Positions 52,148-62,719 of a stretch of DNA of 64,000 nt are shown here, piece by piece. The stretch is from Candidatus Hydrogenedentota bacterium. GTDB lineage: Bacteria > Hydrogenedentota > Hydrogenedentia > Hydrogenedentales > SLHB01. The notes below the pieces were generated by a model, which was given only the letters and a program-made list of their open reading frames with translations, was not told where the DNA came from and did not search any database. The translations under genes and the position numbers were made by a program. Position 1 is the first letter of the stretch; every line of letters starts with the position of its first letter. The stretch covers positions 32,001 to 96,000 of the forward strand of contig CAXXTH010000011.1 of assembly GCA_963668025.2 (NCBI GenBank), read 5' to 3'.

Positions 52148-53787
52148 TGATGCGCAGGCCTCGTTCCTGGACTCAATGGGTGCGCCGGATATGCCAAGGC
52201 GCGTTGCTGGCCTTGTTTATACTGGCGGTCTGGTCGTTGCGGACCTCATCGCCGGAAGGCGGGCATCGTGCGCTGTTGCACCTATTCATGGCTTTGGATC
52301 CCCTGATCGCGGCCGGTACATGGCTGTCTTCAGGGGAAGTCCAGCACGGACTTGGGCTGGCCATCATCATGGTGGTTGCGACGATAGTGCTGGGCCGGTT
52401 TTTCTGTGGCTGGATGTGTCCTTTCGGGACGCTTCACGCCATGGTGAGCGCCTTGCGGCGCAAGCCGGAGCGCGGCGCTCCGTTGGAACGGCGCACCAAG
52501 TGGCATGCCGCGAAATACGTGCTGCTGCTCGCGTTGCTGGTGATGGCGCTTTTCGGCGTAAATTGGTTTGGCGTGTTTGATCCGCTTTCGCTGCTATGCC
52601 GGAGTATCACCGCCGCAGCCCTGCCTGCCGCGCAATATGCCGTCGATGACTTCTCGACCGGCATATACCATCAAGACCCGCATGCTGGCCCTGTCCATCT
52701 GGCCACGATCACCGAACCGGTCTACCGCTTCCTGCGCGATAACGTGTTTGTTCATGGCCGCCAGGTGTTTCAAGGCGGCGGGGTGATAGGCGTTCTTTTT
52801 CTAGGCGCACTGCTGCTCAATTTCGTGAAGCCGCGATTCTGGTGCCGGTATGTGTGTCCGTTGGGCGGCCTGTTAGGCTTGCTTGCACGCCGCCCCCTTT
52901 ACCGGCTTAGGAATGACGAAAGCAAATGCAACAACTGCGCCAGATGCAATCCCGCTTGCCCTGCCGCCGCCCAGCCGGATCTTCGAGGCGAATGGCTGCC
53001 TACGGAGTGTTACGTCTGCCACAACTGCACGGCGGCGTGCAATTTTGGTGCGGTGGCCTTTCAATTCAGGCCTCCATTCAAGCGGATGGAGGCGGGCGGC
53101 CTCGATTTATCCCGGCGCACGGCGCTGGCGGCGGGCGTGGGGGGGATGGCCGGTTTGTTGTTATTCCGCCTATCGCCGCAAACCCAGGCCAAGGCGGTTG
53201 CTCCCTCGCTGATTCGCCCGCCCGGCGCACGGCCGGAACGCCAATTCCTGCAGCGCTGCATACAATGCGGCGCGTGCATGCGCGCTTGCCCCACCAATGG
53301 CTTGCAGCCCACGGCCTTCGAAGCGGGGCTTGAGGGCCTGTGGACGCCTAAGCTTGTTCCCCAATTGGGGTATTGCGAATATACATGCAACCATTGTGGC
53401 GAGGCGTGCCCCACGGGGGCAATCGAGGGCTTGCCCATCGAGCAAAAGCAGCAGGTGAAGATCGGGCTGGCCAGTTTTGACGCCAGCCGCTGCATACCCT
53501 ATGCGTATGGCCGGGAATGCGCCGTGTGTGAAGAACACTGCCCCATTCCCACCAAGGCGATCTATTTCGTGGATGTTGAAGTGCGCCTGCGCGATGGAGT
53601 GGTGAAAACGCTCAAGCAGCCTCACGTTGATCCGGACAAGTGCATCGGCTGCGGCACCTGCGAATGGGCCTGCGTATTCAAAGACCAAGCCGCTATCCGG
53701 ATCACCTGCGCCAACGAATCGCGTAATCCCGAGAACCAGCCCATACTCTCCGGCGGAATGGACGCGGGCTCGCCTTACGGAATTTGA
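52147..53787 (+). CDS. Membrane polyferredoxin (NapH/MauN-like fused to NapG/MauM-like)
   Basis: GRFFCGWMCPFG, RFWCRYVCPLG, several CxxCxxCxxxCP motifs, IRPPGA. Confidence 0.88.
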   Translation: MMRRPRSWTQWVRRICQGALLALFILAVWSLRTSSPEGGHRALLHLFMALDPLIAAGTWLSSGEVQHGLGLAIIMVVATIVLGRFFCGWMCPFGTLHAMVSALRRKPERGAPLERRTKWHAAKYVLLLALLVMALFGVNWFGVFDPLSLLCRSITAAALPAAQYAVDDFSTGIYHQDPHAGPVHLATITEPVYRFLRDNVFVHGRQVFQGGGVIGVLFLGALLLNFVKPRFWCRYVCPLGGLLGLLARRPLYRLRNDESKCNNCARCNPACPAAAQPDLRGEWLPTECYVCHNCTAACNFGAVAFQFRPPFKRMEAGGLDLSRRTALAAGVGGMAGLLLFRLSPQTQAKAVAPSLIRPPGARPERQFLQRCIQCGACMRACPTNGLQPTAFEAGLEGLWTPKLVPQLGYCEYTCNHCGEACPTGAIEGLPIEQKQQVKIGLASFDASRCIPYAYGRECAVCEEHCPIPTKAIYFVDVEVRLRDGVVKTLKQPHVDPDKCIGCGTCEWACVFKDQAAIRITCANESRNPENQPILSGGMDAGSPYGI

Positions 53788-53890
53788 TTTTGCTGGGTTT
53801 GCCCCACCGGTCAACGGATTTGCCTATTTAAAAGCGTAGGGCGTTGTTTGTTCCTTTTCGCCGGTATTGATACATCATTTTGCATCTGAC

Positions 53891-53914
53891 GACCGACGAG
53901 GGCGTCGGTCCCAC
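53891..53914. repeat. REP-like hairpin
   Basis: GACCGACG-AGGG-CGTCGGTC followed by CCAC. Confidence 0.5.
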
Positions 53915-54139
53915 ACTTTTTAAAGGGTCTTCGTGAGAATTTGTGGGTGTTTGAGGACTAGGAATAACATGCAGGTAGTGGCAATCCTATTTAAAAAAGA
54001 CAAATGCATATGCCCATTTTTCACCCCATCCAACTGCCTCCCCGTCTTTGGTTTTCAGATCCGGATTTTTACCGCGAAGGTCATGAAGAACACGAAGGTT
54101 TTCCACAGATGATACAGATAAAATCCAGAGTAAATATCG

Positions 54140-55162
54140 TTATTCTTCTATTATTTTCCCATGCGGGAAATGGGCGCTGTGCGTGAGCTTGCTCCGGTAT
54201 TGGCTGGGAGACATATTCGTGTAACGTTTGAAGAAGTGGCAGAGATGTGCTGAGTCCGAATACCCCGCTTCCAGCGCAATGTCCGTGATTTGTTTTTCTG
54301 GTTCGAGCAGCAATCGGCAGGCCCGCTGCACACGCCGCCGCTGATAATATTCCATGGGAGGCCACCCCGTGGCCTCCTTGAACACCGCCGTGAAATGATT
54401 GATGGACAATGCCACGTGCTTTGCGAGATCGGCGACGATTAATGGCTCCGACAGCAAAATCCGTTGTTCAATGTATTCCAGCGCCTTTCTTACCTCGGGG
54501 CGGAAGGCGATCAATAGGGCGTCAGGACTGCTTCGGACATACGCCCTGCTCAGCTTTATCAGCAACTTCAACAGCGCCGCGTTCAGCAGCGTTAATGAAG
54601 GCTCCGCGCTGTAGCATTCCCTTCCTATATCGGCGATTTCATGATCGATGCCCGCCATTTCCTCCTCGGTGAGGACGAACTGGGCGGCGGACTGCGCCAA
54701 CGGCGTTCTAAACAGTGAAGCGGATAAAAAGAGGGGAAGCAGGCCTGCTTCTCCCCAAAACGCGGTCAGATCATGGCATAGCCATTCCGGAAGATAGTAG
54801 ACATTGGTCTGCTCCAGTGCTCGAACCCCATAAATGGAATGGACGGAGCCGGGAGTCATGACCACGATGGTGCGTTCGGATAGCCGGTCCTCGAAATCAT
54901 TCGTGCAGTGCATGGCTTCGCCTTTTCGCACGATGCAGATCTCGTAATACTGATGATCATGGGGGCGCTTGTCTTGCTGTTCGGGCGTCATGACGACATC
55001 GCCATACTGCCAGCCCGGATAATCAGGGGCGTCGGGGCGAAGCACGCGCAAGTCACCCTCGCCAGGAATCCATGAGGTGGCCCGTACGGGCCTCCGTCCA
55101 GAAAGGCCAAACCAATCGGGCAGGGCCGTGAAAGCAGGTTCTAGTGATTGCCGGTGATCCAT
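54140..55162 (-). CDS. AraC family transcriptional regulator
   Basis: Cupin HDHQYYEI; C-terminal double HTH (FKEATG.PPMEY, ITDIALEAGYSD.AH...FKR...SPSQYR). Confidence 0.92.
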   Translation of the reverse strand: MDHRQSLEPAFTALPDWFGLSGRRPVRATSWIPGEGDLRVLRPDAPDYPGWQYGDVVMTPEQQDKRPHDHQYYEICIVRKGEAMHCTNDFEDRLSERTIVVMTPGSVHSIYGVRALEQTNVYYLPEWLCHDLTAFWGEAGLLPLFLSASLFRTPLAQSAAQFVLTEEEMAGIDHEIADIGRECYSAEPSLTLLNAALLKLLIKLSRAYVRSSPDALLIAFRPEVRKALEYIEQRILLSEPLIVADLAKHVALSINHFTAVFKEATGWPPMEYYQRRRVQRACRLLLEPEKQITDIALEAGYSDSAHLCHFFKRYTNMSPSQYRSKLTHSAHFPHGKIIEE

Positions 55163-55434
55163 ACAAAAACTTCCTAAGTTAGGACAAGTAGATTTTAATG
55201 CTTTTTTTTATACTTTACAACAGAGAAGAGAAGAAATATGCACAGCCGGATGGGCTATGAAGGCAAAAATTGAATAACTATCTGCTTGGCTTTCACTGAA
55301 TGGGGTTGTTTCGGGTATGCCATCAGATGGGTATCAAGATGTCATTCTTAGTTCTTCCGTCTGCGCACAACGCCGATGATGAATGAGTCAATATTGATGA
55401 GTCGTGATTGTAAACAAATAAGGAGAGGGTCTTT

Positions 55435-56556
55435 ATGAAACGTAAAGGATTTACACTGATTGAACTGCTTGTCGTGATAGCGATCATCGCTATCCTGGCG
55501 GCAATACTGCTTCCTGCCCTTGCGCGGGCGCGGGAAGCGGCGCGGCGGGCTTCCTGCTCCAGCAATCTGAAGCAGTGGGGTATCATTTGCAAGATGTATG
55601 CCAATGAAAACAAGGGCATGTTCCCTTCCGGACCGCATTACATCCCAAGCAACGGGTCTGATCCGTGGTATGCCTATCATGGCATCGCGGCGGATGATCT
55701 GTATCCGGATTATTGGAATGATCCGGCCATTTGGTTGTGTCCGTCTGACAACCGAACGAACAGTGGAAGTTATATATCCGCTGCTTATACTGGTTATCAA
55801 CCAGTCGAGATTGATGAGGATTACGTAGGTCAAATCCAAAAAATCTCCACGATGACGGATCTCACTGCTACAGAAAAAGAATACTACCTGAACATGATGT
55901 TGTCCATCAATCCGTCTTACATTTACAACCCGTGGGGCGCCGGAACGGCCTCCCAATTGCTTCAGGCGTTGGTTTCGCAGATCTATGTTGCCTGGTATAA
56001 TACCAGCGATATTAAGGTTGTTGGCAGTGTTCCACCCAATGCTTCCAAACCTTGGGGCAAGGGGTATGGAATGTTCAATATCACGGGTGTTCTTGATGAT
56101 GATATTGGTTCCGGTGCTGTCACGAAAATCAATTCGTTTCTTAAGGCTAATGGATATGGCGGTGATCCGTCCGATGCATCCACTAATTGCGATGACGGGG
56201 GAACTAAAATGCCTACCACAATTATGCGCATGAAGGAAGGCATCGAGCGTTTCTTCATCACGGACATCAACAATCCCGCATCGGGTTCCGTAGGGCAGAG
56301 CACGATGGTCATCATGTTCGACGCATGGGCTGGCACCCGTATGTATAATAACACGCCCGTTATGGGACAGAGCGTGTTTAACCACATCCCCGGCGGCGCC
56401 AACACGCTGTACATGGATGGGCATGTGGAGTTTATCCGCTACAATGGCGATAGAGAGCCGTGCGCCAGTGGAGAGAATTTAGTTAAAAACAAGAACGCCA
56501 AGGCGTATTGCCGCTCGTTCGACGCGTGGATGTGGGCCATGGGCGGCTGGGGTTGA
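55435..56556 (+). CDS. DUF1559 prepilin-type N-terminal cleavage/methylation protein with an H-X9-DG C-terminal motif
   Basis: [43 protein letters not shown]; [19 protein letters not shown]. Confidence 0.93.
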   Translation: MKRKGFTLIELLVVIAIIAILAAILLPALARAREAARRASCSSNLKQWGIICKMYANENKGMFPSGPHYIPSNGSDPWYAYHGIAADDLYPDYWNDPAIWLCPSDNRTNSGSYISAAYTGYQPVEIDEDYVGQIQKISTMTDLTATEKEYYLNMMLSINPSYIYNPWGAGTASQLLQALVSQIYVAWYNTSDIKVVGSVPPNASKPWGKGYGMFNITGVLDDDIGSGAVTKINSFLKANGYGGDPSDASTNCDDGGTKMPTTIMRMKEGIERFFITDINNPASGSVGQSTMVIMFDAWAGTRMYNNTPVMGQSVFNHIPGGANTLYMDGHVEFIRYNGDREPCASGENLVKNKNAKAYCRSFDAWMWAMGGWG

Positions 56557-56651
56557 TGTGTGAACGAATCCCATTGAAGGGAACTGTATAAGTGGTGGTG
56601 GCGCCGCGGCGCTGGAAACAGGACAGAGATTTAGAAAAGGATATCACGGGT

Positions 56652-57968
56652 ATGACAAGCATGAAATCTGGGCTGGCAACATCAACATTGGCTATCCATG
56701 GCGGAACGCCCGTGCGCACGGAACCCATTCCTTGGGAATTGCCTGGTATGCATTGGATCGGGCAAGAAGAAGCGGAGCTGGTGGCGGACGTCGTTAAACG
56801 CAAAAGCCCCTTCCGTTACTATGGGCCGGATTTAGGGCATATGGCCGACACGCTCGAGAAGGAATTCGCGGGACGTTTAGGCCGGAAATACGCCTTGGCG
56901 ACGGCGAGCGCCTCAGCGGCGCTGAGCTGTGCGATGGCGGCGTTGGAGATTGGGCCAGGAGATGAAGTGCTCATACCCGGATATCTATGGGTAAGCTGCA
57001 TCAGCGCAGTGGTTCGCGCGGGGGGCATCCCGCGGCTTGTCGATATCGATGATACGTTTTGTGTGTCGCCGGAGGACCTTGCCCGCAAGATCACGCCGCG
57101 GAGCAAGGCCCTCCTGCTCATTCACATGAGCGGCGCGCCGGGCGATTTGGATCCGATCTTCGAGATCACGCGCAAGGCAGGGCTCCGGGTCGTTGAAGAC
57201 GGCGCGCAATCCAATGGGTCCACCTACAAAGGCAAGCCTATTGGGTCTTTTGGCGACATTGGCTTGTTCAGTTTCCAGCTCAATAAAAACATGACTTCCG
57301 GCGAAGGCGGCATCTTGGTGACGGATGATGAACACCTCTATAAGCGGTGTTTCGCCGCCCACGACATGGGATATGCGCGCAACGCGCAGGGCCGCCTCGA
57401 TCCGCTCGAGGAGAAATACCAGTTGTGGGGCATGGGCGCGCGGATGAGCGAGCTTTGCGCCGCCATGGCGCTCGCCCAGCACCGCAAGCTGGGTAAAATC
57501 GTCGGCGCCATGCACCATGCGAAATACACGATCAAGAATGAACTTGAAAAGATTGATGGATTGAAGTTCCGCCGCATTGTGGATCCTGAAGGCGACAGCG
57601 GGCCGTTCTTGATCGTGACGCTGCCCTCCGCCCCACTGAGCAAATCCTTTGCGGAAGCTTTGGAGGCGGAAGGCATTCGCGGCCCGGAAGGGAGTTGCGC
57701 CTTTATTCACATGGAAGGATGGCATTACCACTGGCACTGGAACAACGTCAGTCTGGTGAACCGCCGGAGCCTTTCTTCCACGGGATGGCCGTGGACGGCT
57801 CCCGAAAACGCTTTCGCCAAAGATTACTCGTATGCACGCGGAACGCTTCCAAACTGTGACGACTTAGCATCACGCTCGTTGTTGCTCACCATCGCGTCTT
57901 GCCTCACGGATAAAGACGTGAATGACATCGTTGAAGCGTACTCGAAAGTAGCGGAGGCATTATTGTAA
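56652..57968 (+). CDS. DegT/DnrJ/EryC1/StrS family aminotransferase
   Basis: LAIHGG.PVR, PFRYYG, GPGDEV, VEDGAQ and FSFQLNKNMTSGEGG motifs. Confidence 0.9.
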   Translation: MTSMKSGLATSTLAIHGGTPVRTEPIPWELPGMHWIGQEEAELVADVVKRKSPFRYYGPDLGHMADTLEKEFAGRLGRKYALATASASAALSCAMAALEIGPGDEVLIPGYLWVSCISAVVRAGGIPRLVDIDDTFCVSPEDLARKITPRSKALLLIHMSGAPGDLDPIFEITRKAGLRVVEDGAQSNGSTYKGKPIGSFGDIGLFSFQLNKNMTSGEGGILVTDDEHLYKRCFAAHDMGYARNAQGRLDPLEEKYQLWGMGARMSELCAAMALAQHRKLGKIVGAMHHAKYTIKNELEKIDGLKFRRIVDPEGDSGPFLIVTLPSAPLSKSFAEALEAEGIRGPEGSCAFIHMEGWHYHWHWNNVSLVNRRSLSSTGWPWTAPENAFAKDYSYARGTLPNCDDLASRSLLLTIASCLTDKDVNDIVEAYSKVAEALL

Positions 57969-58321
57969 GGAAATAAGTGTTCTCTAGATGGGAGAGCCAT
58001 CTCTTTTGAGGCGTGTAGGCCTGGGAAGGGGAAAGGCCAAACCATTGAAGGGAGGGATGTGTGTGACAGGCGGCCAAGGATGTCGGTTTGGGGTGTAGTA
58101 CTTTAAAGAGAGAGGGTTGCCGTTTTTTTCTTCAAGCCGGTTTGAGAATAGAGAAAGCGTGTTTCGCTATCTAAAGAGGAAGGCTGGCTTGGGTATGGTA
58201 TTGCGGAAAAGAAAACGACCCGCAAGGAGTGTGTGGGCCCCTTTTCCGCTGAAGCCGTGAGCAAAGTCAAAGGCGGCAAGGAAATGTACAGTGTCCATTT
58301 GACACACAAGGAGGCAAAACA

Positions 58322-59059
58322 ATGCGTAGAGTGATGGCTATTTCTATCGCGTGTTTACTTTCCGCTGGCGCATGGGCTGGCACCTGCACGGATGATTTCT
58401 CGGGTACGGAATTTAACTGCTCGGATTATTGGTCAATTGGCGCAGTTTTCGGCGGAGAAGAAGCTGGTTCGGTAACCATTACCGATGGTGTTCTAAGGTT
58501 TAACAAGACAGGCGCTGAAGCTGCAAACACAGAGTATCTAACCATGGTAGGCAAGTATTTGCTTGCTCCATTTGCAGTGGAATATACGATTATGGATACT
58601 AGCCAATTAGTCAGCGGTGCCGGATACCTCATGCAGCGTATTTGGGGTGCAGGTGGCGTCGGAGTGCTTGATTGGATTACGGTTAGCAATTCCGGCGGCA
58701 CGATCAAAGTTCATGACGCAAACAATGGCGTCGATTATTATACGGAAGCTGCGGCCAATCTCACATCCATGCGGGTGAAATTTGAGATTGCAGCCACGGC
58801 AATCACTGTATATGTCGCTCCAAATGGCGGAGCATATGGCGCGGGTGTGGAGCGTGCTTTTGCCGCCCCCATCCCAGAAGATCTGACTGTAGGCATACAT
58901 ATTACCGCTATGGATCAGTATCTTGGTGAAACCGGGATTGTTGGGCCCTTCACCATCGATATCGACGATCTCGCGATCACGGGTGAAACGGTTCCTGATT
59001 CCCCACCCGTGGCTGGCGACGTTCCGGCGTTGCAAGTGCCGTTCTTTGCCGAAAAATAA
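58322..59059 (+). CDS. Secreted beta-rich hypothetical protein (possible ConA/lectin-like jelly roll)
   Basis: AAGGAGG RBS; signal peptide ending AWA; TDDFSG...W N-terminus and IDDLAI C-terminus. Confidence 0.65.
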   Translation: MRRVMAISIACLLSAGAWAGTCTDDFSGTEFNCSDYWSIGAVFGGEEAGSVTITDGVLRFNKTGAEAANTEYLTMVGKYLLAPFAVEYTIMDTSQLVSGAGYLMQRIWGAGGVGVLDWITVSNSGGTIKVHDANNGVDYYTEAAANLTSMRVKFEIAATAITVYVAPNGGAYGAGVERAFAAPIPEDLTVGIHITAMDQYLGETGIVGPFTIDIDDLAITGETVPDSPPVAGDVPALQVPFFAEK

Positions 59060-59072
59060 ATACACGTAATGC

Positions 59073-59103
59073 TGGCGGCAGAGGATTTGCTCCTCTGCCG
59101 TCA
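59073..59103 (+). terminator. Hairpin after the secreted protein gene
   Basis: TGGCGGCAGAGGA-TTTGC-TCCTCTGCCGTCA. Confidence 0.55.
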
Positions 59104-59263
59104 TATAAAGATTCTTGTGCACAAAATATATTCAGCTTGTTACCCATTCAGATGAGCCAACCATAAAAGGGGAGAGCCTGCCGTTTTTGTCCGAAACTTG
59201 AAACATGTGTATTTGATTTCGCCTGTTGCATGGGGCAATTCCAAATGAAAGAGGCCAGTTGAT

Positions 59264-62200
59264 ATGAAAACAAGATGCGGGAAGCAGTCGATTGTGTGGG
59301 GCCTGATTCTGACGGGAACTTTATTTATGATTAGTGGCGCAGCCATCGCGGAGGCTGCCCAAGCACGTGCCGCCATCGATTTAGATGGCTCTTGGGAGTT
59401 CCGGTTGGATCCCACCAGCGTGGGCGAGAACGAATCCTGGTTCAACTCTTCCACGTCTTTTGCCGACGCCATTCAAGTTCCCGGCGCATGGGATGCGCAA
59501 GGATTTGGAGAAGAAACGGAAAAACTCCAGCATAACTTCGTTGGGAAAGGCTGGTATCGCCGTTCCGTTCCCGTTCCGGCCGATTGGAAAGGGCGTCCTG
59601 TATTCATCTGTTTCGGAGGCGTGTACCGCTCCGCAAAAGTGTGGGTTAATGGCCAGCTTGCAGGGAGCCATCTCGGTTACAGCTCCAATTTTGAATTCGA
59701 CATCACCAAATTCCTCACTCCCGGCAGCCCTGCCCTCGTCGCCATTCAAGTGGATTCCGAGCAAGATTGGAGCAAAGACACCCTCCAAGGCTGCATGGAC
59801 ATCATCGACCATTTCCATACCTTCTGGGGTGGAATCTGGAGCCATGTATCCATCGAGGCCCGTTCGGCGGTTTGGATGCAAGACCTGTTTATCGCCCCGC
59901 GCATCGAGCCCGCCGGCTGCGAAGCCAGCGCGGAGATCGTGGGGGAGAGTAATCAGGCCAGCAGCATTCGGCTCACATTCCTCGATGCGGAAGGCCATAG
60001 CGCCGCTGTTAAGACGGAAAAAGTGAAAGATGGCAGCCGGTTTGAATGCAGCATCGACCTGCCTGAAGCCCAGCTCTGGACGCCGGAGAATCCCTACTTG
60101 TATACCGCGCGCGTGGAGCTGCTCGGGCCATCCAACGAGCTGCTCGATAGCCAAGAAACGCGTTTTGGCGTGCGCACCATCGAGATTAAAGGCACGGACT
60201 TTTATGTAAATGGGAAAAAGTATTATCTGAATGGATATGGCGATGATTGTGTCTATACGGAGACTATTGCGCCTCCGGCGGACAAGCAATTCTATATCGA
60301 GCGGCTGCGCCTGATAAAATCGTTCGGATTCAATTATGTGCGCCATCACAGCCATTTCGTCTCGCCGGAATATTACGAGGCTTGCGACGAGATGGGCATG
60401 TTTGTGTCGCCAGAACTGCCTATTGGCTATCCGCGCTATTATGAGCGGGCGCAAGGGCCAGCGCTGGAATTGTATAAGTCCGAATGGACCGCCGTTCTTA
60501 AGCGCTACCGCAACCATCCATCTATTTTTGATTGGTGCATGAGCAATGAACTGTGGGAAGGCATGCCGCGTGTCGGCCAAGACCTGTATAATATTGCCAA
60601 AGGCCTCGATAAGACCCGCCCCGTTATCGATTCCGACGGCGTCTTCGCCCCCGGATTTATTGATGGAACAAAAGACCGCCCCACGATGGATTTCTTCACC
60701 GTGATGTTCAGCATCTTAACGTCGCCTTTTGAGAACCAAGAAAAGTTCAAAACGGCAAAACCGCTTAAGCCTATCATCACGCACGAAGAGGGCAACTTTG
60801 TTCATTTTCCCCGGCTGGATGAAATCGAGCTGTTTACAAACAACTTCAAGCCATTCTGGCTGACCGATTGCCGCGACCGCATCGCAAAAGCAGGATTACT
60901 CGACGAGACGCCCGAATGGTCGCTGGCTTCCGAGCAGCTATATCTGTTATGCCACAAAGCGAATATCGAGGCGATTCGCAAGAACCCGTATATCTCCGGT
61001 TATGACTGGTGGCTGTTCCAGCCGTGGGTATGCGGTTCCAATGGCTTGGTGGATATCCATTTCCGCACCCACTCGGTCACGCCGGAACAGGTAAAGACCT
61101 TTAACGCGCCGCTTGTGATTCTGCAAAACGGCGTCAAGCAGACGTATCGGGCGGGAGAGACCGTCGAAGCGGAGATGATTGTATCGAATTATTCGGGCGC
61201 GGCGTTGGAAAACGCCGAACTCACCGTTGGCCTGGCGTCGGGCGGCGTATCCGAACAGCCCGCTACGTTGAATACGGCCGCCATTCCGAATGGCGATGTC
61301 GTTTCCTTGGGCCAGGTGAAGTTTGTATTGCCCGATACAAAAGAACCGATGCAATTGTCGGTGTCGGCTGCTCTAGGGGCAGGCGGTTCCATCAAGCAAA
61401 CCAACGGCTGGACTTTCTGGGTGTTTCCCGCAGAAACACCCAAGCAACCCGAATCCACCCCGCTGTATGTGAGCAGTGATTTAATGGCGCTGCTTGCTCC
61501 GTTCGCCCCGAAACCGATGCCCGAGGGCGAATTGCCCAGCCCTGCCGTGTATGTGTCCCGCCAGCCCAGCGAGGCGTTGGCGCGCGCAGCGGAGCAGGGG
61601 AGCTGTGTGGTGTTGCTCTCGCCCGCCGGGGTGTTCCCGATGGAGTATACGACGTTTAAATCCGCCTGGTGGATGGGCGTCTTTGACGGAGATAGCAATG
61701 CGGGCACCTATGTGTACGATAATCCCGTAACGAAGGGACTTACACCTGGGCATTGGTGCGATGCTTCTTGGTTTAATCTGCTGCAAGGATCGCAGACCTT
61801 GATGCTGGAAAGCCTGGAGGAGCAGCCGGAAGTCCTGATCCGGGCCTTGAACACCCAAGGCGCGCCGCACGGGTTCTCCCGGTATGTTGACTTTGAGTTT
61901 GTATGGCGCAATAAATCGCTCCTGGCGCAGGCCAAAGTGGGCAAGGGCGCTTTTATCATCAGCGGATTGAACTTTGACCTGGCCGCCCGCAACGGGGGCT
62001 CGGAGGCCGGCTTCGTGCTCGGGCGGCTGCTGGAATACGCCGCCACATTCCCCACGCCGAAAGCGGAATGGTCTTCCGCATTTGTAGAGAAGTGGATAGG
62101 CCAGTCGTTGTTTGCTAAAGGGCCTGTGGTGTCCGGTTTCTCCCGCATGCTGTATCATAAAGGCCCCACGACAAAGGCGAATAGCTACCGCGAACTGGCT

Positions 62201-62623
62201 GCGGATATGTATCAGATCCGGCAGGAAGAGCCCATGCACCTGATTAAATGGGAGACCGCGCCAGCGCCGGACGCCGAGTATGCCACCTTCGTATTCGCTG
62301 GGGGATTTCCCTGCATGGATCCTCCCCGGGTGAATCCCGGATTCACCTTGGTGGTGAACGGGAAGCGCGTCATTGATTTCGACACCACCAAGTTGCTAGG
62401 AAGCTGGCAAAGCCCGGATGGCTCCGTTTCGATGGTCTATTTGCCTGCGCATATACAGCCTTCCTGGGGTGAAACGTCGGGATTATTCTTCCTCGCCGTC
62501 CCGAAGAATTATTATACGCCAGGGCAGCCATGCACCATTGAAGTCCGGCCGCGTGGCGGAGAAAACAACCGGTACTTCGGACTCCATGCATATAGTGACA
62601 TTCTTTTATCAAGCTTGAAGTAG
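59264..62623 (+). CDS. Secreted glycoside hydrolase family 2 protein
   Basis: DLDGSWEF, WYRR, LWTPENPYLY, FGVRTI and NHPSIFDWCMSNE motifs. Confidence 0.88.
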   Translation: MKTRCGKQSIVWGLILTGTLFMISGAAIAEAAQARAAIDLDGSWEFRLDPTSVGENESWFNSSTSFADAIQVPGAWDAQGFGEETEKLQHNFVGKGWYRRSVPVPADWKGRPVFICFGGVYRSAKVWVNGQLAGSHLGYSSNFEFDITKFLTPGSPALVAIQVDSEQDWSKDTLQGCMDIIDHFHTFWGGIWSHVSIEARSAVWMQDLFIAPRIEPAGCEASAEIVGESNQASSIRLTFLDAEGHSAAVKTEKVKDGSRFECSIDLPEAQLWTPENPYLYTARVELLGPSNELLDSQETRFGVRTIEIKGTDFYVNGKKYYLNGYGDDCVYTETIAPPADKQFYIERLRLIKSFGFNYVRHHSHFVSPEYYEACDEMGMFVSPELPIGYPRYYERAQGPALELYKSEWTAVLKRYRNHPSIFDWCMSNELWEGMPRVGQDLYNIAKGLDKTRPVIDSDGVFAPGFIDGTKDRPTMDFFTVMFSILTSPFENQEKFKTAKPLKPIITHEEGNFVHFPRLDEIELFTNNFKPFWLTDCRDRIAKAGLLDETPEWSLASEQLYLLCHKANIEAIRKNPYISGYDWWLFQPWVCGSNGLVDIHFRTHSVTPEQVKTFNAPLVILQNGVKQTYRAGETVEAEMIVSNYSGAALENAELTVGLASGGVSEQPATLNTAAIPNGDVVSLGQVKFVLPDTKEPMQLSVSAALGAGGSIKQTNGWTFWVFPAETPKQPESTPLYVSSDLMALLAPFAPKPMPEGELPSPAVYVSRQPSEALARAAEQGSCVVLLSPAGVFPMEYTTFKSAWWMGVFDGDSNAGTYVYDNPVTKGLTPGHWCDASWFNLLQGSQTLMLESLEEQPEVLIRALNTQGAPHGFSRYVDFEFVWRNKSLLAQAKVGKGAFIISGLNFDLAARNGGSEAGFVLGRLLEYAATFPTPKAEWSSAFVEKWIGQSLFAKGPVVSGFSRMLYHKGPTTKANSYRELAADMYQIRQEEPMHLIKWETAPAPDAEYATFVFAGGFPCMDPPRVNPGFTLVVNGKRVIDFDTTKLLGSWQSPDGSVSMVYLPAHIQPSWGETSGLFFLAVPKNYYTPGQPCTIEVRPRGGENNRYFGLHAYSDILLSSLK

Positions 62624-62719
62624 AGGCTTATTCGGACGTGCTGGCCTTGTGTGGAGCCTGCAGCGTTTTCGTAGGGTCATAACAAAAAACGAGGTAGTGG
62701 AACCGTGCAACCAGAAAGC

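Noticed and set aside
58030-58095. c-di-GMP-I riboswitch
   Set aside because: GGCCAAACCATTGAAGGGAGGGATG loosely resembles the start of the motif, but the GNRA-capped P2 stem and the GCAAA segment are missing.
59381-60580. Long antisense ORFs (this one, and e.g. 6455-7465, 16110-17063, 55348-56424)
   Set aside because: They are shadows of well-supported genes on the opposite strand in GC-rich DNA, with no recognisable motifs.
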